DNA of 64,000 nt from Malacoraja senta (GCA_038087875.1 CM075993.1:2792001-2856000), one strand, 5' to 3'. Positions 22,834 through 37,462 are shown, counted from the stretch's first letter. Notes: a model not told the origin generated them from the letters alone. Numbers and translations are program-made.

Positions 22834-23556
22834 TGAGATGCAACGAGACACCTGTCATTAATAGTAGTCATGCAGGTGCAGCAGGAAGTGAAGAAAGCGA
22901 ATGGTATGTTAGCATTCATAGCAAAAGGATTTGAGTATAAGAGCAGGGAGATTCTACTGCAGTTGTACAGGGTCTTGGTGAGACCACACCTGGAGTATTG
23001 CGTACAGTTTTGGTCACCTAATCTGAGGAAAGACATTCTTGCCACAGAGGGAGTACAGAGGAGGTTCACCAGATTGATTCCTGGGATGTCAGGACTTTCA
23101 TATGAAGAAAGACTGGATAGACTCGGCTTGTACTCGCTAGAATTTAGGAGATTGAGAGGGGATCTTATAGAAACGTACAAAATTCTTAAGGGGTTGGACA
23201 GGCTAGATGCAGGAAGATTGTTCCCGATGTTGGGGAAGTCCAGAACAAGGGGTCACAGTTTAAGGATAAGGGGGAAATCTTTTAGGACCGAGATGAGGAA
23301 AACATTTTTCACACAGAGAGTGGTGAATCTGTGGAACTCTCTGCCACAGAAGGAAGTTGAGGCCAGTTCATTGGCTATATTTAAGAGGGAGTTAGATGTG
23401 GTCCTTGTGGCTAAAGGGATCAGAGGGTATGGAGAGAAGGCAGGTACAGGATACTGAGTTGGATGATCAGCCATGATCATATTGAATGGTGGTGCAGGCT
23501 CGAAGGGCCGAATGGCCTACTCCTGCACCTATTGTCTATGTTTCTATGTTTCTATG
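22834..23556 (+). mobile_element. CR1 LINE ORF2 3' fragment
   Basis: KKANGMLAFI...[19 protein letters not shown]...GTGY*, 3' UTR and (TATGTTTC)n tail; duplicate at 31433-32172. Confidence 0.92.
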
Positions 23557-24224
23557 TTACTCCATCTTTTTTCTGTGTCTATCTTGGAACCATCCTCTTT
23601 AGTGATATGATACCAAGGCCAGCCACACACACACACACACAGCCCGATCATTCACACTGCTATAATGCCTGCTCTCCTCACATGTAAGCTCACTCATAAT
23701 AGATATTTTATTGTCTCAGTAATCTCACTTCACGCAAAAGCAAGTGGAATTGTTCAATCTTCCATGAAAATATCCCACGTACATTCCTCCCACACGGAGG
23801 GACTTATTTTTAGATTTATCTGTGGCATCTCCTCGGGAAATTATTGTGCATTTAAAGGTTATTTCTTATTACATGCTATTAGGGGGGCAGAGTATTTATC
23901 TGCATCACCACATAATCGAAAGGGGTGACAAAGGAGGTTTCGCTAATGCATGAAATCCAGTCCCGTCACCCTTGTGTCACCAGCTTGGCATGGTTAAGTA
24001 GAGAAAACTCATCCGGGGCACATTATGGAAGTTTAGTTTATGTTTAGTTGAGAGATACAGCGCGGAAACAGGCCCTTCGGCCCACCGAGTCCGCCCGACC
24101 AGCGATCCCCGCACACTAACACTATCTTACATATTCGGGACAATTTGCACATACACCAGGCAGACCTGCACGTCTTTGGAGTGTGGGAGGATACCGAAGA
24201 TCTCGGAGAGAGCAAACGCAGGTC

Positions 24225-24601
24225 AATAGACAATAGACAATAGGTGCAGGAGTGGGCCATTCGGCCCTTCGAGCCAGCACCGCCATTCAATGTGATCATG
24301 GCGGATCGTCCCCAATCAGTACCCCGTTCCCGCCTTCTCCCCATATCCCCTGACTCCGCTATCTTTAAGAGCCCTATCTAGCTCTCTCTTGAAAGCATCC
24401 AGAGAACCTGCCTCCACCGCCCTCTGAGGCAGAGAATTCCACAGACTCACCACTCTCTGTGAGAAAAAGTGTTTCCTCGTCTCCGTTCTAAATGGCCGAC
24501 CCCTTATTCTTAAACTGTGGCCCCTGCTTCTGGACTCCCCCAACATCGGGAACATGTTTCCTGCCTCTAGCGTGTCCAAGCCCTTAACAATCTTATATGT
24601 T
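24225..24601 (-). mobile_element. CR1 3' fragment inserted into a SINE
   Basis: Interrupts the SINE at CGCAGGTCA|CGGGGAGAACG; minus-strand ORF2 C-terminus. Confidence 0.85.
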
Positions 24602-24904
24602 TACAGGTCACGGGGAGAACGGACAAACTCCAGCCAGCACTCCACAACGGAGACATCAATAGGTGTTTTATTGGAAAACCATGAGTGTTTGATTAAATCT
24701 AGTTTGAATCACACCCCTGTAATTACCAAATGCTACCTTTTTATTAGCCAGCTATAACTCAAAATGGACACTGTACTTTAATGGCTTGTTGCCTTGTCTT
24801 TAACAATAATATGACCATCAGATGATGATATTATTCACAGCGATGGGTTTTCATAGATGCTCCATAATGAATAATGCCGCAGTATTAATCAGAAATAATA
24901 TTTA

Positions 24905-25200
24905 AGGTACATAAAAATGCTGGAGAAACTCAGCGGGTGCAGCAGCATCTATGGAGCGAAGGAAATAGGCAACGTTTCGGGCCGAAACCCTGAAGGAAAT
25001 AGGCAACGTTTCGGGACGAAACCCGGAAGGGTTTCGGGCCGAAACGTTGCCTATTTCCTTCGCTCCATAGATGCTGCTGCACCCGCTGAGTTTCTCCAGC
25101 AGGTACACAAAAATGCTGGAGAAACTCAGCGGGTGCAGCAGCATCTATGGAGCGAAGGAAATAGGCAACGGTTCGGGCCGAAACCCTTCTTCAGACTGAT
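24905..25200. mobile_element. Penelope-like fold-back cluster
   Basis: Same architecture as 6684-6981. Confidence 0.8.
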
Positions 25201-25311
25201 GGGGGGGAGAAAATAAATGATATTTAGTTAGCAATCGTAGCAACACCGTTTCTCATGAGCACCGTGGTGCATTCTTCACGACGTGAGCCCTTTTAATCCG
25301 AGGCTGTTTAC

Positions 25312-26700
25312 ATAGATACATAGAAACATAGAAAATAGGTGCAGGAGTAGGCCATTCGGCCCTTCGAGCCTGCACCGCCATTCAATATGATCATGGCTGA
25401 TCATCCAACTCAGTATCCCGTACCTGCCTTCTCTCCATACCCACTGATCCCTTTAGCCACAAGGGCCACATCTAACTCCCTCTTAAATATAGCCAATGAA
25501 CTGGCCTCAACTACCCTCTGTGGCAGAGAGTTCCAGAGATTCACCACTCTCTGTGTGAAAAATGTTTTTCCTCATCTCGGTCTTAAAGGATTTCCCCCTT
25601 ATCCTTAAGCTGTGAGCCCTTGTCCTGGACTTCCCCAACATCGGGAACAATCTTCCTGCATCTAGCCTGTCCAACCCCATAAGAATTTTGTACGTTTCTA
25701 TAAGATCCCCTCTCAATCTCCTAAATTCTAGCTTACAACCTGAAATGTTTTTAGTTTCGGAAGGAACTGCAGATGCCGGTTTAACACTGAAGGTGGACAC
25801 AAAATGCTGGAGTAACTCAGCGGGTCAGGCATTATCTCTGGAAAAAAATGTATAGGTGACGTTTCGGGTCGGGTCCCTTCTTCAGACTGATTACAAAGGC
25901 TTCTAAGCAGTGAGCGGGTAGGGGTTTAGATTGGATAGAACTTTATCAGCTTGCACGACAATAGAAAAAATAGAAACATAGAAATATAGGTGCAGGAGTA
26001 GGCTATTCGGCCCTTCAAGCCAGCACCGCCATTCAATTATGATCATGGCTGATCACCTAAAATCAGTAGCCCGTTCCTGCTTTCTCCCCACATCCCTTGA
26101 TTCCGTTAGCCCTAAGAGCTAAATCGAACTCTCTCTTGAAAACATCCAGTGAATCGGTCCCCACTGCCTTCTGTGGCAGAGAATTCCACAGATTCACAAC
26201 TCTCAGGGTGAAATATTTGATTCTCATCTAAGTCCTAAATGGCCTACCCCTTATTCTTAAACTTTGACCCCTGGTTCTGGACTCCCCCAACACGGGGAAC
26301 ATTTTTCCTGCATCTAGGGTGAGGCAGGTGATCAATGATGGGCCAAATGGCCTAATTCCAACCCCGTGACTTATTTAATGCTTGTAATATCATAGAAACA
26401 TAGAAACATATAAAATAGGTGCAGGAGGAGGCCGTTCTGCCCTTCGAGCCAGCACCGCCATTCATTGTGATCATGGCTGATCGTCCCCAATCAATAACCC
26501 GTGCCTGCCTTCTCCCCATATCCCTTGATTCCACTAGCCCCTAGAGCTCTATCTAACTCTCTCTTAAATCCATCCAGTGATTTGGCCTCTGTGGCAGGGA
26601 ATTCCACAAATTCACAACTCTCTGGGTGAAAAAGTGTGCTCTCACCTCAGGCTTAAATGGCCTCCCCTTTATTCTAAGACTGTGCGGCCCCTGGTTCTGG
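25312..26700 (-). mobile_element. Cluster of three CR1 3' fragments (25312-25732, 25962-26318, 26391-26700) with a PLE piece
   Basis: Each begins with a (CATAGAAA)n tail on the + strand and continues into reverse-complement ORF2. Confidence 0.85.
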
Positions 26701-27365
26701 CTCGGAGGGGGTCGGGTAACTATGTGGGTCCACAAACTGCCAGCGCCTGATGACAAAGCACACATCACGTACAGGCCAGGCTCAGCTCTGCTGCCTTTTA
26801 CACAGCGACTTTGATATGTCCACTAGGGCAGGTGCTGCCTTTCATGTCGGCTGTTAAGGAAATCAGGGGAAATTGACTGCTGCTTGATGGAAGATGGTCG
26901 AGTTTTATAGGCAGAAATAGTCTTTTGATGTCAAGCCCTTGAGCTGCAACAGCATGGGGCAACCTTTACAAATCTACTTCATTTAGAGTGCCTTGGACTC
27001 ATAACAAGGTGCATTTTGTCCCTGTAAGATAAAGGGAATTGTTGCCCGTGATTCCGTTCCCCTTAATAGAGATAAATTGCAGCAATATTTATTGCGACAC
27101 AAAGCAGATAAATAGAACCAATAATTATCATAACATAAATTATTTACCAATAACTTTGGCATGTTTATGACCTCTTGTTCCTGACTGGTTCAAACCAAAG
27201 GCACCTATTTGATTCCTGCACTAAATCACGCGCTTGTCAATACTACCCAACATGTCTGTGGAATTCTCTGCCTCAGAGGGCGGTGGAGGCAGGTTCTCTG
27301 GATGCTTTCAAGAGAGAGCTAGATAGGGCTCTTAAAAATGGCGGAGTCAGGGGATATGGGGAGAA

Positions 27366-27678
27366 ACATAGAAACATAGAAAATAGGTGCAGGAGTAGGC
27401 CATTCGGCCCTTCGAGCCTGCACCGCCATTCAATATGATCATGGCTGATCATCCAACTCAGTATCCTGTACCTGCCTTCTCTCCATACCCCCTGATCCTT
27501 TTAGCCACAAGGGCCACATTCTAACTCCCTCTTAAATATAGCCTATGAACTGGCCTCAACTACCTTCTGTGGCAGAGAATTCCACAAATAAAGGTAGACA
27601 AAAGTGGAGAAACTCAGCGGGTGCAGCAACATCTATGGAGCGAAGGAAATAGGCAACGTTTCGGGCCGAAACCCTTCT
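27366..27678 (-). mobile_element. Chimeric PLE + CR1 insertion present only in duplicate copy A
   Basis: 19-bp direct repeat TCAGGGGATATGGGGAGAA at 27347-27365 and 27679-27697; empty site at 35782-35800. Confidence 0.85.
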
Positions 27679-29244
27679 TCAGGGGATATGGGGAGAAGGC
27701 AGGAACGGGGTACTGATTGGGGATGATCAGCCACGATCACATTGAATGGCGGTGCTGGCTCGAAGGGCCGAATGGCCTACTCCTGCACCTATTGTCTATT
27801 GTTTGGGATTTTTGTTTTTGCTCTGGAGGTAAGGCAGTGGTTCCATTTCTCTGGTGGTTTCATTTAAAGACATTGACAAGACTCTGATCAGAATGAAATA
27901 GGTCATTTCACGAGAATGCGTTACACCGGACAAACAGGCTCGGGTAATAATGAAACGGCGTGGCGGCCTTGAGATGTAATATCAGCCCTCGGCTGCACAG
28001 CTGAAATGGAGAATAATGGATATCTCTGAGCGCTTACACGATAAAAAAAAAATGTAATCGTGGGGTTCAGATAATATAAACAAGGCCAGCAAAATGTCGA
28101 TGCTTTCCACATGTTTCACAAGCTGCATTGCTGGAAAATCCCTCTGTGTTATTATATATTAAGGAGGAAATAAATTTGCCGCAAAATATTAACCAGCCCT
28201 AAACGTGAGAGAACATTGCACTCTGCCTCCAAGTTTGATGTTCAATGTGGACGCAAGGAACCGCAGATGCTGGTTTACAGATAAAAGATACTAGGTGCTG
28301 GAGTACCTGGTGGTGGTAGACTGGTGGTGGCCCAGCGGTAGAGATACTGCCTCACGGTGCCAGAGCTCCGGGTTCGATTCTGACTAGTGTAGCTGGGGCA
28401 TGTTGGCTGGCGTGGGCAAGTTGGGCCTGTTTCCACACTGTATCACTCTACTAGAATGACACTTTCTCTGGCAGCTTGTCCCATGTACGTGTACTGCCTT
28501 CTGTGTGAAAACGTAGCCCCTCGAGTTCCCATTCAATCTGTCCCCTCTCACTTGAAACCTGTGCTGCCAGAAGAGGTAGTTGAAGCCGGGACTATCCCGA
28601 CATTGACGAAACAGTTGGGCAGGTACGCGAATAGGACAGATTTGGAGGGATATGGGCAGTTGGGGCAGGCAGCATCTCTGGGGAGGAGGAATGGGTGATG
28701 TTTCGGGTCAAGACCCTCCTTCAGTATGAAACGTCACCCATTCCTTCTCTCCAGAGATGCTGCCCGTCCCCGCTGAGTTACTCCAGCTTTTTGTGTCTGT
28801 CTTCGGTTTAAACCAGCATCTGCCAGTTCCTTCTTACACAGATGAGACTAGTGTAGCGGGGACATGTTGTCCGGTGTGGGGCAAGATGGGCCGAAGGCCT
28901 GTTTCCACGCTGTATCACTCTATCACTCACTGTCACAGCAATGCCGTGAAACAATTTGCCTCTTCAAAGGGCAACACACTATTGCTGCCAGCGTATGAAC
29001 CACAAGACAATGACGTGCAGGAACAAGTCTGGCAGTGGCAATAAGATTAAAACTGTTAAACAAGAAAAAAACAGAATGACATTATAATTTATTGGTCTGC
29101 TTTCTTACATTATACAAAAATGTCAATCTTGTCACAAACGTTTCACAACGATGATGGAGGAAGACATGTTTAATACTGCAGTAATAAGCCTCTGCTCACC
29201 GGCTGCTCTCTGATCTGCAGCAGGCTCGATCATCCCTTCAACTG

Positions 29245-29446
29245 AGTGTGTGTAAGTGTGTGTGTGTACGTGTAAGGTGTGTAGTGTAAGTGTGTGGGTA
29301 AGTGTGTGTGTAAGTGTGTGTGTAAGTGTGTGTGTAAGAGAGTGTGTGTGAGTGTGTGTGTGTGTGTGGTGTGTGTATGTGTGTGTGTGGGTATGTGCAT
29401 GTGTGTGTGTAGGTGTGTGTGTAATAGAGTGTGTGTGTGTGTGGTG

Positions 29447-29477
<31 letters not shown>

Positions 29478-29554
29478 TGTGGTGTGTGTGTGTAGGTGTG
29501 TGTGTGTGGTGTGTGTGTGTGTGTGTAGGTGTGTGTGTGTGGTGTGTGTGTGGT

Positions 29555-29594
<40 letters not shown>

Positions 29595-29729
29595 TGTGTG
29601 TGTGTAGGTGTGTGTGTGTGGTGTGTGTGTGTGTGGTGGTGTGTGTGGTGTGTGTGTGTGTGCGGTGTGTGTGTGTGTGTGTGTGTGTGTGTTGTGGTGT
29701 GTGTGTGTGTGCGGTGTGTGTGTGTGTGC

Positions 29730-29774
<45 letters not shown>

Positions 29775-29805
29775 TGTGTGCGGTGTGTGTGTGTGTGTGT
29801 GTAGG

Positions 29806-29836
<31 letters not shown>

Positions 29837-29958
29837 TGTGTGTGGTGTGTGTGTGGTATGTGTATGAGTGTGTGTGTGGTGTGTGTGTGGTGGGTGTGTG
29901 TGTGTGGTGTGTGTGTGTAGGTGTGTGTGTGTGTGTGTAGGTGTGTGTATGTGGTGTG

Positions 29959-29989
<31 letters not shown>

Positions 29990-30090
29990 TGTGTGTGCGG
30001 GTTGTGTGTGTGTGTGGTGTGTGTGTGTGTGTGTGTGTTGTGCGGTGTGTGTGTGTGTGTGTAGGTGTGTGTGTGTGGTGTGTGTGTGTG

Positions 30091-30121
<31 letters not shown>

Positions 30122-30422
30122 GTGTGTGTGTGTGTGTGGTATGTGTATGAGAGTGTGTGTGGTGTGTGTGTGGTGGTGTGTGTGTGTAGTGTGTGTGTGT
30201 AGTGTGTGTGTGTGTGTGTGGTGTGTGTATGTGGTGTGTGTGTGTGGTGTGTGTGTGTGGTGTGTGTGTGTGTGCGGTGTGTGTGTGTGTGTGTATGTGT
30301 ATGAGTGTGTGTGTGTGTGTGATGTGTGGTGGGTGTGTGTGTGTGGTGTGTGTGTGTAGGTGTGTGTGTGGTGTGTGTGTGTTGTGTGTGGTGTGTGTGT
30401 GTGTGTTAGGTGTGTGTATGTG

Positions 30423-30453
<31 letters not shown>

Positions 30454-30883
30454 TGTGTGTGTGTGTGTGTGCGGTGTGTGTGTGTGTGTGTAGGTGTGTG
30501 TGTGTGGTGTGTGTGTGTGGTGTGTGTGTGTGGTGTGTGTGTGTGTGCGGTGTGTGTGTGTGTGTGGTATGTGTATGAGAGTGTGTGTGGTGTGTGTGTG
30601 GTGGGTGGTGTGTGTGTGGTGTGTGTGTGTAGGTGTGTGTGTGTGTGTAGGTGTGTGTATGTGTGTGTGTGTGTGGTGTGTGTGTGTGGTGTGTGTGTGT
30701 GCGGTGTGTGTGTGTGTGTGGTATGTGTATGAGTGTGTGTGTGGTGTGTGTGTGGTGGGTGTGTGTGTGTGGTGTGTGTGTGTGTGTGTGTGTGTGTGAT
30801 GTGTGTAGTGGGTGTGTGTGTGTGGTGTGTGTGTGTGTGTTGGTGTTGTGTATGTGGGTGTGTGTTGTGTGGTTGATCGTGTG
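29245..30883. repeat. Imperfect (GT)n microsatellite, at least 1.6 kb
   Basis: GT runs with GG, TAGG and GCGG interruptions; quality decays toward the gap. Confidence 0.98.
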
Positions 30884-31083
30884 NNNNNNNNNNNNNNNNN
30901 NNNNNNNNNNNNNNNNNNNNNNNNNNNNNNNNNNNNNNNNNNNNNNNNNNNNNNNNNNNNNNNNNNNNNNNNNNNNNNNNNNNNNNNNNNNNNNNNNNNN
31001 NNNNNNNNNNNNNNNNNNNNNNNNNNNNNNNNNNNNNNNNNNNNNNNNNNNNNNNNNNNNNNNNNNNNNNNNNNNNNNNNNNN
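30884..31083. other. Assembly gap (200 N)
   Basis: Run of N. Confidence 1.
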
Positions 31084-34000
31084 TGACTCTCTTGTCACCA
31101 GCGTAGGGGAACCGAGGGGTCTGTTTCCACACTGTGTCTCTCAACTCAACCAAACGAAACCAAAATTAAAACCTCGCTATACTAACTTATAGTCTCCTGG
31201 GGTCTTCTTTACCAAGTTACTTTCCTAGTTTATTTCTGCCATGAGAACATTTGACAATGAATGAAAAATATGCAAATAAGTAACGATGATAAAGGAGACA
31301 GGCCAATGTTAGCTGTGGGCTCGGTGAAAACGAGTCATAGACAATGAGACTCAACGTCGGAAGAAGGGTCTCGACACAAAACGTCACCCATTCCTTCTCT
31401 CCAGAGATGCTGCCTGGCCCGCTGAGTTACTCATGAGATGCAACGAGACCTGGGTGTCATGGTACACCAGTCATTAATAGTAGGCATGCAGGTGCAGCAG
31501 GCAGTGAAGAAAGCGAATGGTGTGTTAGCATTCATAGCAAAAGGATTTGAGTATAAGAGCAGGGAGGTTCTACTGCAGTTGTATAGGGTCTTGGTGAGAC
31601 CACACCTGGAGTATTGCGTACAGTTTTGGTCACCTAATCTGAGGAAAGACATTCTTGCCATCGAGGGAGTACAGAGAAGGTTCACCAGACTGATTCCTGG
31701 GATGTCAGGACTTTCATATGAAGAAAGACTGGATAGACTCGGCTTGTACTCGCTAGAATTTAGAAGATTGAGGGGGGATCTTATAGAAACGTACAAAATT
31801 CTTAAGGGGTTGGACAGGCTAGATGCGGGAAGATTGTTCCCGATGTTGGGGAAGTCCAGAACAAGGGGTCACAGTTTAAGGATAAGGGGAAATCTTTTAG
31901 GACCGAGATGAGGAAAACATTTTTCACACAGAGAGTGGTGAATCTCTGGAACTCTCTGCCACAGAAGGTAGTTGAGGCCAGTTCATTGCCTATATTTAAG
32001 AGGGAGTTAGATGTGGTCCTTGTGGCTAAATGGATCAGGGGGTATGGAGAGAAGGCAGGTACAGGATACTGAGTTGGATGATCAGCCATGATCATATTGA
32101 ATGGTGGTGCAGGCTCGAAGGGCCGAATGGCCTACTCCTGCACCTATTGTCTATGTTTCTATGTTTCTATGTTACTCCATCTTTTTTCTGTGTCTATCTT
32201 GGAACCATCCTCTTTAGTGATATGATACCAAGGCCCAGCCACACACACACACACACAGCCCGATCATTCACACTGCTATTATGCCTGCTCTCCTCACATG
32301 TAAGCTCACTCATAATAGATATTTATTGTCTCAGTAATCTCACTTCACGCAAAAGCAAGTGGATTTGTTCAATCTTCCATGAAAATATCCCACGTACATT
32401 CCTCCCACACGGAGGGACTTATTTTTAGATTTATCTGTGGCATCTCCTCGGGAAATTATTGTGCATTTAAAGGTTATTTCTTATTACATGCTATTAGGGG
32501 GGCAGAGTATTTATCTGCATCACCACATAATCAAAAGGGGTGACAAAGGAGGTTTCGCTAATGCATGAAATCCAGTCCCGTCACCCTTGTGTCACCAGCT
32601 TGGCATGGTTAAGTAGAGAAAACTCATCCGGGCACATTATGGAAGTTTAGTTTATGTTTAGTTGAGAGATACAGCGCGGAAACAGGCCCTTCGGCCCACC
32701 GAGTCCGCCCGACCAGCGATCCCCGCACACTAACACTATCTTACATATTCGGGACAATTTGCACATACACCAGGCAGACCTGCACGTCTTTGGAGTGTGG
32801 GAGGATACCGAAGATCTCGGAGAGAGCAAACGCAGGCCAATAGACAATAGACAATAGGTGCAGGAGTAGGCCATTCGGCCCTTCGAGCCAGCACCGCCAT
32901 TCAATGTGATCATGGCTGATCATCCCCAATCAGTACTCCGCTTCCCGCCTTCTCCCCATATCCCCTGACTCCGCAATTTTTAAGAGCCCTATCGAGCTCT
33001 CTCTGAAAGCATCCAGAGAACCTGCCTCCACCGCCCTCTGAGGCAGAGAATTCCACAGACTCACCACTCTCTGTGAGAAAAAGTGTTTCCTCGTCTCCGT
33101 TCTAAATGGCCGACCCTTATTCTTAAACTGTGGCCCCTGCTTCTGGACTCCCCCAACATCGGGAACATGTTTCCTGCCTCTAGCGTGTCCAAGCCCTTAA
33201 CAATCTTATATGTTTACAGGTCACGGGGAGAACGGACAAACTCCAGCCAGCACTCCACAACGGAGACATCAATAGGTGTTTTATTGGAAAACCATGAGTG
33301 TTTGATTAAATCTAGTTTGAATCACACCCCTGTAATTACCAAATGCTACCTTTTTATTAGCCAGCTATAACTCAAAATGGACACTGTACTTTAATGGCTT
33401 GTTGCCTTGTCTTTAACAATAATATGACCATCAGATGATGATATTATTCACAGCGATGGGTTTTCATAGATGCTCCATAATGAATAATGCCGCAGTATTA
33501 ATCAGAAATAATATTTAAGGTACATAAAAATGCTGGAGAAACTCAGCGGGTGCAGCAGCATCTATGGAGCGAAGGAAATAGGCAACGTTTCGGGCCGAAA
33601 CCCTGAAGGAAATAGGCAACGTTTCGGGACGAAACCCGGAAGGGTTTCGGGCCGAAACGTTGCCTATTTCCTTCGCTCCATAGATGCTGCTGCACCCGCT
33701 GAGTTTCTCCAGCAGGTACACAAAAATGCTGGAGAAACTCAGCGGGTGCAGCAGCATCTATGGAGCAAAGGAGGTGCAGGAGTAGGCCATTCGGCCCTTT
33801 CGAGCCTGCACCGCCATTCAATATGATCATGGCTGATCATCCAACTCAGTATCCCGTACCTGCCTTCTCTCCATACCCACTGATCCCTTTAGCCACAAGG
33901 GCCACATCTAACTCCCTCTTAAATATAGCCAATGAACTGGCCTCAACTGCCCTCTGTGGCAGAGAATTCCAGAGATTCACCACTCTCTGTGTGAAAAAAT

Positions 34001-37000
34001 GTTTTTCCTCATCTCGGTCTTAAAGGATTTCCCCCTTATCCTTAAGCTGTGACGCTTGTCCTGGACTTCCCCAACATCGGGAACAATCTTCCTGCATCTA
34101 GCCTGTCCAACCCCATAAGAATTTTGTACGTTTCTATAAGATCCCCTCTCAATCTCCTAAATTCTAGCTTACAACCTGAAATGTTTTTAGTTTCGGAAGG
34201 AACTGCAGATGCCGGTTTAACACCGAAGGTGGACACAAAATGCTGGAGTAACTCAGCGGGTCAGGCATCATCTCTGGAAAAAAATGTATAGGTGACGTTT
34301 CGGGTCGGGTCCCTTCTTCAGACTGATTACAAAGGCTTCTAAGCAGTGAGCGGGTAGGGGTTTAGATTGGATAGAACTTTATCAGCTTGCACGACAATAG
34401 AAAAAATAGAAACATAGAAATATAGGTGCAGGAGTAGGCTATTCGGCCCTTCAAGCCAGCACCGCCATTCAATTATGATCATGGCTGATCACCTAAAATC
34501 AGTAGCCCGTTCCTGCTTTCTCCCCACATCCCTTGATTCCGTTAGCCCTAAGAGCTAAATCGAACTCTCTCTTGAAAACATCCAGTGAATCGGCCTCCAC
34601 TGCCTTCTGTGGCAGAGAATTCCACAGATTCACAACTCTCAGGGTGAAATATTTGATTCTCATCTAAGTCTTAAATGGCCTACCCCTTATTCTTAAACTT
34701 TGACCCCTGGTTCTGGACTCCCCCAACACGGGGAACATTTTTCCTGCATCTATGGTGAGGCAGGTGATCAATGATGGGCCAAATGGCCTAATTCCAACCC
34801 CGTGACTTATTTAATGCTTGTAATATCATAGAAACATAGAAACATATAAAATAGGTGCAGGAGGAGGCCGTTCTGCCCTTCGAGCCAGCACCGCCATTCA
34901 TTGTGATCATGGCTGATCGTCCCCAATCAATAACCCATGCCTGCCTTCTCCCCATATCGCTTGATTCCACTAGCCCCTAGAGCTCTATCTAACTCTCTCT
35001 TAAATCCATCCAGTGATTTGGTCTCTGTGGCAGGGAATTCCACAAATTCACAACTCTCTGGGTGAAAAAGTTTGCTCTCACCTCAGGCTTAAATGGCCTC
35101 CCCTTTATTCTAAGACTGTGCGGCCCCTGGTTCTGGCTCGGAGGGGGTCGGGTAACTATGTGGGTCCACAAACTGCCAGCGCCTGATGACAAAGCACACA
35201 TCACGTACAGGCAGGCTCAGCTCTGCTGCCTTTTACACAGCGACTTTGATATGTCCACTAGGGCAGGTGCTGCCTTTCATGTCGGCCGTTGAGGAAATCA
35301 GGGGAAATTGACTGCTGCTTGATGGAAGATGGTCGAGTTTTATAGGCAGAAATAGTCTTTTGATGTCAAGCCCTTGAGCTGCAACAGCATGGGGCAACCT
35401 TTACAAATCTACTTCATTTAGAGTGCCTTGGACTCATAACAAGGTGCATTTTGTCCCTGTAAGATAAAGGGAATTGTTGCCCGTGATTCCGTTCCCCTTA
35501 ATAGAGATAAATTGCAGCAATATTTATTGAGACACAAAGCAGATAAATAGAACCAATAATTATCATAACATAAATTATTTACCAATAACTTTGGCATGTT
35601 TATGACCTCTTGTTCCTGACTGGTTCAAACCAAAGGCACCTATTTGATTCCTGCACTAAATCACGCGCTTGTCAATACTACCCAACATGTCTGTGCAATT
35701 CTCTGCCTCAGAGGGCGGTGGAGGCAGGTTCTCTGGATGCTTTCAAGAGAGAGCTAGATAGGGCTCTTAAAAATGGCGGAGTCAGGGGATATGGGGAGAA
35801 GGCAGGAACGGGGTACTGATTGGGGATGATCAGCCATGGTCACATTGAATGGCGGTGCTGGCTCGAAGGGCCGAATGGCCTACTCCTGCACCTATTGTCT
35901 ATTGTTTGGGATTTTTGTTTTTGCTCTGGAGGTAAGGCAGTGGTTCCATTTCTCTGGTGGTTTCATTTAAAGACATTGACAAGACTCTGATCAGAATGAA
36001 ATAGGTCATTTCACGAGAATGCGTTACACCGGACAAACAGGCTCGGGTAATAATGAAACGGCGTGGCGGCCTTGAGATGTAATATCAGCCCTCGGCTGCA
36101 CAGCTGAAATGGAGAATAATGGATATCTCTGAGCGCTTACACGATAAAAAAAAAATGTAATCGTGGGGTTCAGATAATATAAACAAGGCCAGCAAAATGT
36201 CGATGCTTTCCACATGTTTCACAAGCTGCATTGCTGGAAAATCCCTCTGTGTTATTATATATTAAGGAGGAAATAAATTTGCCGCAAAATATTAACCAGC
36301 CCTAAACGTGAGAGAACATTGCACTCTGCCTCCAAGTTTGATGTTCAATGTGGACGCAAGGAACCGCAGATGCTGGTTTACAGATAAAAGATACTAGGTG
36401 CTGGAGTACCTGGTGGTGGTAGACTGGTGGTGGCCCAGCGGTAGAGATACTGCCTCACGGTGCCAGAGCTCCGGGTTCGATTCTGACTAGTGTACTGGGG
36501 CATGTTGGCTGGCGTGGGAAAGTTGGGCCTGTTTCCACACTGTATCACTCTACTAGAATGACACTTTCTCTGGCAGCTTGTCCCATGTACGTGTACTGCC
36601 TTCTGTGTGAAAACGTAGCCCCTCGAGTTCCCATTCAATCTGTCCCCTCTCACTTGAAACCTGTGCTGCCAGAAGAGGTAGTTGAAGCCGGGACTATCCC
36701 GACATTGACAAAACAGTTGGGCAGGTACGCGAATAGGACAGATTTGGAGGGATATGGGCAGTTGGGGCAGGCAGCATCTCTGGGGAGGAGGAATGGGTGA
36801 TGTTTCGGGTCAAGACCCTCCTTCAGTCTGAAACGTCACCCATTCCTTCTCTCCAGAGACGTTGCCTGTCCCGCTGAGTTACTCCAGCTTTTTGTGTCTG
36901 TCTTCGGTTTAAACCAGCATCTGCAGTTCCTTCTTACACAGATGAGACTAGTGTAGCGGGGACATGTTGTCCGGTGTGGGGCAAGATGGGCCGAAGGGCC

Positions 37001-37425
37001 TGTTTCCACGCTGTATCACTCTATCACTCACTGTCACAGCAATGCCGTGAAACAATTTGCCTCTTCAAAGGGCAACACACTATTGCTGCCAGCGTATTAA
37101 CCACAAGACAATGACGTGCAGGAACAAGTCTGGCAGTGGCAATAAGATTAAAACTGTTAAACAAGAAAAAAACAGAATGACATTATAATTTATTGGTCTG
37201 CTTTCTCAAATTATACAAAAATGTCAATCTTGTCACAAACGTTTCACAACGATGATGGAGGAAGACATGTTTAATACTGCAGTAACAAGCCTCTGCTCAC
37301 CGGCTGCTCTCTGATCTGCAGCAGGCTCGATCATCCCTTCAACTGAAAACAGTGATTAAAGTGTGTGTAAGTGTGTGTGTGTGTACGTGTAAGTGTGTGT
37401 AGGTGTGTGTGTGGTGTGTGTGTGT

Positions 37426-37462
<37 letters not shown>

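Larger units (their letters stand above)
22481..30883 (+). repeat. Large tandem duplication, copy A
   Basis: Colinear and near-identical to 31084-38690, including unique sequence; ends at the gap inside the (GT)n tract. Confidence 0.95.

Noticed and set aside
22870..23457. Intact protein-coding gene (195 aa; similarly 40333-40827)
   Set aside because: It is a 5'-truncated CR1 ORF2 C-terminus that lacks the RT core and endonuclease.
29132..31192. Long His/Thr-rich and Cys/Val-rich ORFs (also 37331-38749 and 63431-64000)
   Set aside because: They are translations of (GT)n/(CA)n microsatellites, and some run through N gaps.
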